From Solirubrobacterales bacterium (lineage in GTDB: Bacteria > Actinomycetota > Thermoleophilia > Solirubrobacterales > 70-9), in NCBI GenBank assembly GCA_050251335.1, contig JBFWMZ010000010.1, forward strand, positions 14,311-78,310: a stretch of DNA of 64,000 nt. The letters are read 5' to 3'. Position 1 is the stretch's first letter. Each line of letters starts with the position of its first letter. Position numbers and translations under genes: made by a program. The notes beneath the pieces are model-generated. The model made no database searches. It saw nothing but the letters and a program-made list of their open reading frames with translations, and was not told the DNA's origin. Shown here in pieces: positions 16,922-25,558 of the stretch.

Positions 16922-18433
16922 TCAGGCGGCGTCGATCTTCGGGAAGAGCGGCGGCACCCGCTCGATCGCCTGGCCGCCGGGGCGCGAGCCGAGCTCGGCC
17001 AGCTCGCGGCCCTCTTCGCCCAGCGCGGCGAGCAGGCGGTCGCTCGTCTCCGGCAGGTAGGGCACCAGCATCAGGGTCACCACCCGCAGGCCCTCGACCA
17101 GGTTGTAGAGGACTTCGTCGAGCCGCTCGGGGTCGGCCTCGTCCCTGGCCAGGACCCACGGCTGGGTCTCCTCGACGAAGCGGTTGAGGCGACGGACCAG
17201 CACCCAGATCACCTCCAGGGCCTGGGTCAGCTCGGCCCGGTCGAGCAGCTCGCGCAGGCGGTCCAGGGTGCCTTCGAAGTCCTCGGCGAGGGTCGCGTCG
17301 ACCGCCGCCGGGGGGACGGTGCCGTCGCGGTAGCGGTCGACCATCGCCAGCACCCGGCTGGCGAGGTTGCCGTAGTCGTTGGCGAGCTCGGTCTCGTAGC
17401 GCCCCTCGAAGCCGGCGGTCGAGATCGAGCCGTCCTGGCCGAAGCTGACCTCGCGGAAGAGGTAGAAGCGCAGCGCGTCGGCGCCGAAGCGCTCGATCAC
17501 CGCAAACGGGTCGAGCACGTTGCCGAGGCTCTTCGACATCTTTTTCTCGCCCATCAGCAGGAAGCCGTGGATCACCATCCGCCGCGGCGGCTCGAGCTCC
17601 GCCGCCATGCACAGCGCCGGCCAGATCACGGCGTGGAACTTGAGGATGTCCTTCGCCATCACGTGCAGGTCGGCGGGCCAGTAGCGAGCGGTCAGGTCCT
17701 CGCCGGGGCGGGCGAAGGAGAGCGCGGTGACGTAGTTGAGGAGCGCGTCGAACCAGACGTACATCCGCTGCTCGGGGTCCCAGGGCAGCGGCAGCCCCCA
17801 CTTCAGGCTCGGACGCGAGAGCGAGACGTCCTCGAGGCCGCCGGTGATGAACGAGAGCGCCTCGTTGCGGCGAAAGTCGGGCACGACGAAGTCCGGCCGC
17901 TCCTCGTAGAGCGCTTCCAGCCGCTGCTGGAACCTCGAGAGCCCGAAGAACCAATTCTCCTCCTCGACCCAGTCGAGCGGGATCTCGTGGATCGGGCAGG
18001 TGTTGCCCTCGGCCACCTCGCGCTCGGTTTTGAAGTCGGCGCAGCGCGGGCAGTACCAGCCCTCGTAGGTCCCCTTGCTGACCCAGCCGTTGTCGTAGAC
18101 CCGCTGCATGATCTCCGCCACCTTCGCTTCGTGGCGCGGATCGGAGGTGCGGATGAAGAAGTCGTTGGCGACGCCGATCGTCGGCATCAGCGCTTCGAAC
18201 TTCGCCGCGTTGCGGTCGGCCAGCTCCTGCGGCGAGATCCCCTCGCGCTCGGCCGCCACCTCGATTGGCTCGCCGTGCTCGTCGGTGCCGGTGAGGAAGA
18301 AGACGTCGTCGCCCCGCTGTCGCCGGTGGCGGGCGAGGATGTCGGCGGCGAAGGTCGAGTACGCGTGGCCGAGGTGGGGCTCGGCGTTGACGTAGTAGAT
18401 GGGGGTGGTGAGGTAGTACTTATCCGTGCTCAT
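16922..18433 (-). CDS. metG: Methionine--tRNA ligase
   Basis: MSTDKYYLTTPIYYVNAEPHLGHAYS...KMSKSLGN (HIGH-like and KMSKS motifs). ATG at 18433; the upstream part of track ORF 16922..18841 is junk. Confidence 0.95.
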   Translation of the reverse strand: MSTDKYYLTTPIYYVNAEPHLGHAYSTFAADILARHRRQRGDDVFFLTGTDEHGEPIEVAAEREGISPQELADRNAAKFEALMPTIGVANDFFIRTSDPRHEAKVAEIMQRVYDNGWVSKGTYEGWYCPRCADFKTEREVAEGNTCPIHEIPLDWVEEENWFFGLSRFQQRLEALYEERPDFVVPDFRRNEALSFITGGLEDVSLSRPSLKWGLPLPWDPEQRMYVWFDALLNYVTALSFARPGEDLTARYWPADLHVMAKDILKFHAVIWPALCMAAELEPPRRMVIHGFLLMGEKKMSKSLGNVLDPFAVIERFGADALRFYLFREVSFGQDGSISTAGFEGRYETELANDYGNLASRVLAMVDRYRDGTVPPAAVDATLAEDFEGTLDRLRELLDRAELTQALEVIWVLVRRLNRFVEETQPWVLARDEADPERLDEVLYNLVEGLRVVTLMLVPYLPETSDRLLAALGEEGRELAELGSRPGGQAIERVPPLFPKIDAA

Positions 18434-18461
18434 GCGGACGTTCCACGCTATTCGATAAGTC

Positions 18462-19085
18462 ATGCTGGCTCGCGACACCCACGGCCGCTGGCCGCTCCTC
18501 GCCGCGGCGCTGGTCGTCCCGAGCTGGGCGGCGGCGCTGACGAGGGGCGAGGAGTCGGGTGCCGAGGACGGTTGGGTCGCGGCGCTCGCCCTGCCGATCC
18601 TCGTCTCCCACCAGACCGAGGAGTGGGTCCGCCCCGGCGGCTTCCTGCCGTTCTGCAACGAACGCCTGCTCGGCAGCGAGCGACCGACCTGGCCGCTGAC
18701 CGAGCGCGACGGCTTCCACGTCAACGTCACGCTCGGCTGGGGCAGCGCCCTCGCCGCCGCCGCGCTGTGGCGGCGGAGCGCGGCGCCGGCCGCCTTCGTG
18801 CTCTGGATCGAGGCCGGCAACGCGCTGATGCACGGCGCCATGGCGGCGCGCGAGCGGCGCTACAACCCCGGCCTCGCGACCGCGACGCTGCTGATGGCTA
18901 CTCACGCGCTCGCCGGCAGCCGCGCGCTGCGTCGCTCCCACCGCCTCTCCCGCGGCGCCACGGTGGCCGCCGCGGCGGCGGGGATCGCCTTCAGCGCCGG
19001 ACTGCCGCTGACGATGAAGCTGCGGATGCGCCGGGCGGGCGGCGAGAGCCGGCATCCAGATGGAAGCCCCGAGCCGGCTGTCTAG
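18462..19085 (+). CDS. HXXEE-domain membrane protein
   Basis: LPILVSHQTEEWV carries the HXXEE motif, and the protein has several hydrophobic helices. Confidence 0.7.
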   Translation: MLARDTHGRWPLLAAALVVPSWAAALTRGEESGAEDGWVAALALPILVSHQTEEWVRPGGFLPFCNERLLGSERPTWPLTERDGFHVNVTLGWGSALAAAALWRRSAAPAAFVLWIEAGNALMHGAMAARERRYNPGLATATLLMATHALAGSRALRRSHRLSRGATVAAAAAGIAFSAGLPLTMKLRMRRAGGESRHPDGSPEPAV

Positions 19086-19153
19086 CTCGGGGGAGCCGAA
19101 CCGCGCGCATCCGTCACCCGGCGGCTCACCCGGATGCCGCACCCGACCAGAGC

Positions 19154-19222
19154 GCAGTTGTCCCCACCGGTTGCGCTTGTCCCCGGTATGCGGGGACAAC
19201 CGCGACGCGTGGGGACAACTGC
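19154..19222. terminator. Nested double palindrome built from TTGTCCCC / GGGGACAA between convergent genes
   Basis: The outer 13-bp stem is GCAGTTGTCCCCA (19154-19166) paired with TGGGGACAACTGC (19210-19222). It encloses an inner TTGTCCCC...GGGGACAA hairpin. The element lies between the HXXEE gene (+) and rsmI (-). Confidence 0.45.
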
Positions 19223-19274
19223 AACGGCGTCGTCCGTCCAGCGGCGGCCGGGCACATCCCGCGGTCGAACCCGG

Positions 19275-20102
19275 CTAGCGCCGCGCCTCGCGGCCGGTAA
19301 GCGCTTTGTAGAGGTCGTTGGCGCGGGTGCCGGTCAGCGCCGCGACGACGCTGGCGGCGGCGCGTGGCCGGGCGCCCGACTGGACCAGGTGGCGCAGCGC
19401 GTCGACCGCGAAGCTGACGTCCTTGTCGTGCGAGGCGGCCGCCGCGGGCCCGATCACGAGCACGATCTCGCCCTTGACGTCACCGCGGAAACGGCGGGCG
19501 AGCTCGCCGAGCGAGCCGCGAGCGACCTCCTCGTGGACCTTGGTCAGCTCGCGGCAGACCGCGGCCTCGCGGTCGGGCGCGACCGAGGCGAGCGCCGCCA
19601 GGCTCTCCCCCACCCGGCGCGGGCTCTCGAAGGCGACCACGGTCTCGGTCGAGCGCAGGACCCGCTCGAGCTCGCCGGCGCGGCGCGGCAGGAAGCCCTC
19701 GAAGCGCCAGCGGTCGGTCGGCAGGCCCGAGGCGACGAGCGCCACCGGCACCACCGAGGGCCCGGGCAGGACGACCACCTCGAGGTCGCGGTCGATGCAG
19801 CGACGGATCAGCTTGAAGCCCGGGTCGGAGACCCCCGGCATGCCCGCGTCGGAGACCAGGGTGACGCAGTCGCCGCGCTCGATCCGGGCGCTCAGCTCGA
19901 CCGCGCGGCTCGCTTCGTTGCCCTCGTGGTTGGAGACGAGGCGGGGATGGGGGCGGATGCGCAAGCGGTCGAGCAGGGCGCCGGTCTTGCGGGTGTCCTC
20001 GCAGGCGATGAAGTCGGCGCCGACCAGCGCCTCCCGCATCCGCGGCGACACGTCATCGAGGTTGCCGATCGGGGTCGGGCAGACGACGAGCCGGCCAGCC
20101 AC
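19275..20102 (-). CDS. rsmI: 16S rRNA (cytidine1402-2'-O)-methyltransferase
   Basis: LVVCPTPIGNLDDVSPRMREAL...FIACEDTRKTG. Confidence 0.92.
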   Translation of the reverse strand: MAGRLVVCPTPIGNLDDVSPRMREALVGADFIACEDTRKTGALLDRLRIRPHPRLVSNHEGNEASRAVELSARIERGDCVTLVSDAGMPGVSDPGFKLIRRCIDRDLEVVVLPGPSVVPVALVASGLPTDRWRFEGFLPRRAGELERVLRSTETVVAFESPRRVGESLAALASVAPDREAAVCRELTKVHEEVARGSLGELARRFRGDVKGEIVLVIGPAAAASHDKDVSFAVDALRHLVQSGARPRAAASVVAALTGTRANDLYKALTGREARR

Positions 20103-21089
20103 CTAGCTCTCTCTCCGCGCCGCCGACGCGCGCCGCCGCTCCAGCTCGACCGCGGCCAGCGCCGCGGCACCGATCATGCCGGCGTCGTTGCCGAGCGTGG
20201 CGGCGAGCACCGGCGTCCCGTTTATCGGCTTCAGCGCCCGCTCGCGGACCTCGTGCCGCGCCGGGTCGAGCAGCAGGTCGCCGGCCCGGATGACGCCGCC
20301 GCCGACGACGATCGCGTTGGGCTGGAAGATGTTGGCCAGGCTGGCGCAGGCGACGCCGAGCCGCGAGCCGATCAGCTCGAAGACCGAGAGCGCCAGCTCG
20401 TCGCCGGCCAGCGCCGCGTCGGTGACCGCGTTGCCGTCAACCGTCCCGCCTTCGGCCAGGAGCTTGCCGAGCGCCGAGTCGGGCGAGCTTTCGGCCGCCG
20501 CCTTGCCCTCGCGGCCGAGCGCGGTGCCCGAGGCCAGCGACTCGACGCAGCCGTGGTTCGGACAGTTGCCCTGGCAGGGCGGCCCGTCGGCCTGGATCAC
20601 CACGTGGCCGAGCTCGGCGCCGGCCCCGGTCGAACCGCGGTAGACCTCGCCGTTGAGGATCAGGCCACCGCCGATCCCGGTGCCGACCGTCAGCATCACC
20701 GTATGCGGCATGCCGACGGCGGCGCCGAACATGAACTCGGCGAGGGCGGCGACGTTGCCGTCGTTGTCGACGAAGACCGGCAGCTCGACCTCGGCCTCGA
20801 TCCGGTCGCGGATCGGCAGGTCGGCGAGCGGCAGGTTGACCGCCGAGACGGCGATCCCGCGCTCGTGGTCGATCGTCGCCGGGATCCCGAGCCCGACCGC
20901 GGCGACTTCGGGATGCGCCTCACGGGCGAGCTTGATCTCGCGGATCAGCAGCTCGACCAGCTCGTCCTCGCTCTGGCCGGTCGAGGCCTCCCGCCGGCGC
21001 CAGGCCACGTCGGTGCCTTCGAGCACCCCGACCAGCATCTTGGTGCCGCCGAGGTCGACGCCAATCGTCTCGATGCCCTTCTCGCTCAC
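20103..21089 (-). CDS. ROK-family glucokinase
   Basis: IGVDLGGTKM...GTGIGGG...GHV...CQGNCPNHGCVE (ROK zinc motif). Start set at GTG 21089; the track start is 21158. Confidence 0.85.
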   Translation of the reverse strand: MSEKGIETIGVDLGGTKMLVGVLEGTDVAWRRREASTGQSEDELVELLIREIKLAREAHPEVAAVGLGIPATIDHERGIAVSAVNLPLADLPIRDRIEAEVELPVFVDNDGNVAALAEFMFGAAVGMPHTVMLTVGTGIGGGLILNGEVYRGSTGAGAELGHVVIQADGPPCQGNCPNHGCVESLASGTALGREGKAAAESSPDSALGKLLAEGGTVDGNAVTDAALAGDELALSVFELIGSRLGVACASLANIFQPNAIVVGGGVIRAGDLLLDPARHEVRERALKPINGTPVLAATLGNDAGMIGAAALAAVELERRRASAARRES

Positions 21090-21201
21090 GTTGCGGCAGG
21101 CTAGCCGTTCGCCGCCCGCGGGCAGGATCGGCGGGACGGACTGCGAACGGTCACCCACGGGATGCGCTCCAATCGCCCTCCACTAGGTTTCTAGCGCTCT
21201 G

Positions 21202-22449
21202 ATGCCGGACGATGGCCAGCAACGGCCGCCGGAGCCGCCCGAGCGGCCGCCGGAGCCGCCCGAATACAACGTCTACCGCTCGCGGCGGGGGCTGCTCTCG
21301 CGCCTGCGCGGGGCCGAGATCCCGAGCTTCAAGAAGGAGCTCCCCTGGCGGCGCAAGGGCGACGGAGAGCGCCCGGGCGAGCCGAAGCCCCAGCGTCAGC
21401 GGCGGCCGATCAACGGCAGGCGAGTGGCGAAATGGCTGGCGATCGCCGTCTTCGGCTGGATCCTGATCAGCTTCCTGGCCTTCGCCGTCTCCGCCCAGCT
21501 GCAGGCTTTCAAGCTCTCCGGCGAAGCGAAGGACGCCCTGCACGGCAACCCCTTCCTGCTGTTCAGCCCGCAAACGATCCTCGTCCTCGGCACCGACGCC
21601 CGGCCGCCCGACACCAAGGAGCCCGGCGCGGCGCCCTCGCAGGAGTGCTTCGAACAGCAGGCAAAGGGCGAGGCGCCGCACGATCCCTGCGAACAGGGGC
21701 AGTTCCGCGCCGACACCCTGATGCTGATCCGGGCCGGCGGCGGCAGCTTCAACAAACTCTCGATCCCGCGCGACAGCTTCGCCGAAATCCCCGGTGAGGC
21801 GCCGCAGAAGATCAACGCCGCCTTCGCCTTCGGCGGCGCCGCCCTGCAGATCAAGACGGTCGAAAAGTTCCTCGGCATCAAGATCGACCACGTCGCGATC
21901 GTCGACTTCACCGGCTTCGAAGACCTGATCGACGCGGTCGGCGGGGTCGAAGTCGACGTCCCGCACAAGCTCTGCGCCGACATCTCCGGCGGCGCCGGCG
22001 GCGGCCAGGGCGGCATCACCCTGCACCTGCACAAGGGCGAGAACACCCTGGACGGCGAAAAGGCGCTCGCCTACTCGCGGATCCGCGAGCCGAGCGAATG
22101 CCCGGGACCGGGCAAGAGCGCCTTCAGCCTCGGCTACAGCGACTTCGATCGCGAGAAGGCGCAGCAGGCGGTGATCAACGGCATCAAGGACCGCCTCACC
22201 GACCCGCTCCGCATCCCCTACAACTTCATCAAGGGCCCGATCATCGGCTGGGACGCGCCGAAGGCGTTCGTCAGCGACATGGGCTTCCTGACGATGCCGC
22301 AGCTGGTGCTGGCGGCGGGGATCGGCGGCAGCGCCCCGACCGACGTCCTCTGCGGCTCACCGAAGCAGGGCTGCGGCGAAGGTCCTGCCGGCTCGGTCGA
22401 AGTGCCCGAGCGGGTGCGCCGCGCCGCAGTCAAGCGTTTGCTGGGCTGA
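21202..22449 (+). CDS. LytR-CpsA-Psr (LCP) family protein
   Basis: N-terminal TM helix, then ILVLGTDAR...RADTLMLIR...SIPRDS...INAAFAFGG...VDFTGFEDLIDAVGGVEV. Confidence 0.85.
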   Translation: MPDDGQQRPPEPPERPPEPPEYNVYRSRRGLLSRLRGAEIPSFKKELPWRRKGDGERPGEPKPQRQRRPINGRRVAKWLAIAVFGWILISFLAFAVSAQLQAFKLSGEAKDALHGNPFLLFSPQTILVLGTDARPPDTKEPGAAPSQECFEQQAKGEAPHDPCEQGQFRADTLMLIRAGGGSFNKLSIPRDSFAEIPGEAPQKINAAFAFGGAALQIKTVEKFLGIKIDHVAIVDFTGFEDLIDAVGGVEVDVPHKLCADISGGAGGGQGGITLHLHKGENTLDGEKALAYSRIREPSECPGPGKSAFSLGYSDFDREKAQQAVINGIKDRLTDPLRIPYNFIKGPIIGWDAPKAFVSDMGFLTMPQLVLAAGIGGSAPTDVLCGSPKQGCGEGPAGSVEVPERVRRAAVKRLLG

Positions 22450-22457
22450 GCGCCGGA

Positions 22458-22504
22458 GCGCTGCAGCGATTCCACCCCCCATAGGGGGTAAGAAGCTTGC
22501 AGCG
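22458..22504. repeat. 'CCATAGGGGGT' hairpin element, copy 1
   Basis: GCGCTGCAGCGATTCCACCCCCCATAGGGGGTAAGAAGCTTGCAGCG lies between convergent LCP and FmdB-like genes. A similar element is at 61693-61737. Confidence 0.6.
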
Positions 22505-22840
22505 TCAGTCGGCAGCGGCCGAGGATTTCGTCTCGGACTTCGAGGAGTCCGACTTCGACTCGCCAGAGCCGCTCTCGCCTCCGCCGGAGCCGCCCTCGGC
22601 GCCGGCGCCGCCGCCACCGCCCTCGGAGCCGGCCCCGTTGCCGCCGCCTTTGCGTTTGCCGTAGTCGGTGTTGTAGAAGCCGGAGCCCTTGAAGTGGACC
22701 GCGGGGGCGGTGAGGACGCGGGCGCAGGGGGCGCCGCACTCGACGCAGCTGGTCAGCGGCTCGTCCGCCATCTTCTGCATCACGTCGAAGACGTGACCGT
22801 TCTCGCATTTGTACTCGTAGATCGGCACGGAGCCCGGCAT
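22505..22840 (-). CDS. FmdB-family zinc-ribbon protein with Gly/Ser-rich tail
   Basis: MPGSVPIYEYKCENGHVFDV...CVECGAPCARV (CxxC...CxxC). ATG at 22840. Confidence 0.8.
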   Translation of the reverse strand: MPGSVPIYEYKCENGHVFDVMQKMADEPLTSCVECGAPCARVLTAPAVHFKGSGFYNTDYGKRKGGGNGAGSEGGGGGAGAEGGSGGGESGSGESKSDSSKSETKSSAAAD

Positions 22841-22865
22841 TATCGCAATCGCTACGGTTCGGGCC

Positions 22866-24257
22866 ATGGCGACGACCGAGCCAGCCGATCCGCCCGTCGA
22901 GGTGACGATGGAGGAGATCGTCGCGCTGTGCAAACGGCGCGGCTTCGTCTTCCCCTCCTCGGAGATCTACGGCGGCCTCGGCTCGACCTACGACTACGGT
23001 CACTACGGCGTCCTGCTGAAGACCAACGTCAAGAACGAGTGGTGGCGGGCGATGCTGCAGGAACGCGACGACATGGTCGCGCTCGACTCGGCGATCTTGC
23101 AGAGCCCGAAGGTCTGGGAGGCCTCGGGTCACCTGGCCGGCTTCACCGACCCCCTGGTCCAGTGCCTCGGCGAGTGCAAGAAGCGCTGGCGGGAGGACCA
23201 CCTGCGCGAGGCGGTCGAAGCCGAGGGCGGCGACCCGAGCGCCGAGCTGCGCTGCCCGGAGTGCGGCGGCGAGCTCTCGGAGCCGCGCAACTTCAACCTG
23301 ATGTTCGAGACCCACGTCGGCCCGGTCGCCGAGCAGGGCTCGGTCGTCTACCTGCGGCCCGAGACGGCGCAGGGGATCTTCATCAACTTCAAGAACGTGC
23401 TCGGCTTCGCCCGCAAGAAGCCGCCGTTCGGGATCGCCCAGGTCGGCAAGTCGTTCCGCAACGAGATCACGCCCGGCAACTTCATCTTCCGCACCCGCGA
23501 GTTCGAGCAGATGGAGATGGAGTTCTTCGTGCCGCCGCCCGAGGCCGAGCGCTGGTACCGCGAGTGGATCGAGCTGCGCCACCGCTGGTACGTCGACCTC
23601 GGCATCCGGCCCGAGTACCTGCGGGTGCGGCCGCACGAGGCCGACGAGCTCTCGCACTACTCGAGCGGCACCAGCGACGTCGAGTACCTGTTCCCGATCG
23701 GCTGGTCGGAGCTCGAGGGGATCGCCAACCGCGGCGACTTCGACCTCACCCAGCACGCCAAGTTCAGCGGCGAGAAGCTCGAGTACTTCGACCAGCAGAC
23801 CAAAGAGCGCTACGTGCCGCACGTGATCGAGCCGGCGGCCGGCGCCGATCGGGCGATGCTCGCCTTCCTCGTCGACTCCTACGAGGTCGAGGAGGTCGAG
23901 GGCCGCCAGCGCACCGTGCTGCGCCTCCATCCCCGCCTCGCCCCGGTCAAGGCCGCGGTGCTGCCGCTGGTCTCCAAGGACGGCCTGCCCGAGAAGGCGC
24001 GCGAGCTCCACCGCGAGCTGCGGCCGCGGCTGATGGCCGAGTACGACGAGGGCGGCTCGATCGGCAAGCGCTACCGCCGCCAGGACGAGATCGGCACCCC
24101 CTGGGGGATCACCATCGACCACCAGACCCTCGAGGACGACACCGTCACCCTCCGCGACCGCGACTCGCTCGAGCAGGTCAGGGTTCCGATCGAGGGCCTC
24201 GGCGACGAGCTCGTCTCGCGGCTCGAGCGCCCCTGGCGGAGCCCGAAGCTCGGCTAG
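22866..24257 (+). CDS. glyQS: Glycine--tRNA ligase (dimeric class II type)
   Basis: RRGFVFPSSEIYGG...YLRPETAQGIF.NF...FRNEITPGNFIFRTREFEQMEMEFF. Confidence 0.95.
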   Translation: MATTEPADPPVEVTMEEIVALCKRRGFVFPSSEIYGGLGSTYDYGHYGVLLKTNVKNEWWRAMLQERDDMVALDSAILQSPKVWEASGHLAGFTDPLVQCLGECKKRWREDHLREAVEAEGGDPSAELRCPECGGELSEPRNFNLMFETHVGPVAEQGSVVYLRPETAQGIFINFKNVLGFARKKPPFGIAQVGKSFRNEITPGNFIFRTREFEQMEMEFFVPPPEAERWYREWIELRHRWYVDLGIRPEYLRVRPHEADELSHYSSGTSDVEYLFPIGWSELEGIANRGDFDLTQHAKFSGEKLEYFDQQTKERYVPHVIEPAAGADRAMLAFLVDSYEVEEVEGRQRTVLRLHPRLAPVKAAVLPLVSKDGLPEKARELHRELRPRLMAEYDEGGSIGKRYRRQDEIGTPWGITIDHQTLEDDTVTLRDRDSLEQVRVPIEGLGDELVSRLERPWRSPKLG

Positions 24258-24393
24258 CCGCCGGCAGGCGAATCTTCGGATTCGTTGAAAAAGGCACTAG
24301 CCGCTCAAGCGCGGCCGTTCTAGAGTCGATACGCGGCCGACAGGCGTGTCTGGCGCTCGCACCCGACTCGCAATCCTCAGGAACGGAGAACGA

Positions 24394-24861
24394 ATGGCCT
24401 ACGAGATGAAGATCCGTGGCACTCAGGATGAGGTGAAGGTCCGCAGCCCGTGGGCCGTCGCCCTGCTGCCGATCATCACCCTCGGCATCTACCACCTGGT
24501 CTGGTGGTACAAGATCAACAAGGAGTTGAAAGCGTACGGTGAGGCGAAGGGGTTCGATCTCGGCCAGAACCCGACCAACTCGGTGCTGGCGCTGTTCCCC
24601 GGCGGGTTGATCGTCGTACCGGCGCTGATCACCTACTGGCGCGGCACCCAGCGCGTCCAGGGCGCGGCCAAGGTTGCCGGGCGCGAGCCGGTCAACGGTT
24701 GGATCGTGCTGGTCCTCTATCTCGTGCTCTCGCTCGGGATGTGGGCCTACCTGCAGTCCTCGCTGAACCACATCTGGGAGCAGGAGGCCGAACCGATCGA
24801 GGGGCAGGAGGCACCGCCGGTGCGCGACGAGATGCCGCCGCCGCTGCCGAGCGACAACTAG
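24394..24861 (+). CDS. DUF4234-like membrane protein
   Basis: ITLGIYHLVWWYKINKEL motif. ATG at 24394 is preceded by GGAACGGAGAACGA. Confidence 0.65.
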   Translation: MAYEMKIRGTQDEVKVRSPWAVALLPIITLGIYHLVWWYKINKELKAYGEAKGFDLGQNPTNSVLALFPGGLIVVPALITYWRGTQRVQGAAKVAGREPVNGWIVLVLYLVLSLGMWAYLQSSLNHIWEQEAEPIEGQEAPPVRDEMPPPLPSDN

Positions 24862-25133
24862 TCGGCATTCGCCGTTTCCCCTCCGCACAAGGTAGAGACG
24901 GCGAGCGCAGCGGCTCAGCGTTCGAGGTAGGCGAGCACCGGCTGCGCGTCTGCCTCGAGCGCCGCGGTCGCCTTCTCGGGCGACCTGGCCGAGCGAAAAA
25001 TCAGCGACCGCAGCTCACGGAATCGCCCCTGACTTCGGCTCGCAGGTCCCGGCTGTCCCGATCCACCCGCTCGAAACCTTGATCCATGCGCCGCGACAGG
25101 TCGTCCAGGCGCTCGTCGATCCACGTCTCGGCT

Positions 25134-25442
25134 TCAGCGCCCGGAAAGTCGCTGCCAGAGGCTGCCGCTCTGGTTGGCGGTCGGCTTCGGCAGCTCGGCC
25201 GCCTCGGCGGCGTCGATCTTGAGGATCACGCCGCGTTCGTAGATCTCGCCTACCTCGGGCGCGTCGACGAACTTGTGGCCGCCGGGGCCGGCGGTGGTGT
25301 CGAAGACGATGCCGTCGAAGATGTCGGCCTTCGCCTCGCGCAGGACGCGGACCACCCGCCCCAGCCGCTCGCCGTCGCTGGAGTAGACCGGCACGCCCCG
25401 TTTCAGGGCGAGGTAGGAAATGCGCTCGCCGAGGTCGTCCAC
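25134..25442 (-). CDS. PRC-barrel domain protein
   Basis: GVPVYSSDGERLGRVVRVL...IFDGIVFDT is PRC-barrel-like. Start set at GTG 25442 and is uncertain. Confidence 0.6.
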   Translation of the reverse strand: MDDLGERISYLALKRGVPVYSSDGERLGRVVRVLREAKADIFDGIVFDTTAGPGGHKFVDAPEVGEIYERGVILKIDAAEAAELPKPTANQSGSLWQRLSGR

Positions 25443-25558
25443 GGGCGCGAGCCTAGCGAGTGCGCAGCCCGCGCCGCGCCAGATCGAAAAAAACTGGCTG
25501 GGCAGCCAGGAGCACGATACCCTGCGGGTACACGACTGCGACACCAAAAGGAGTAGAG

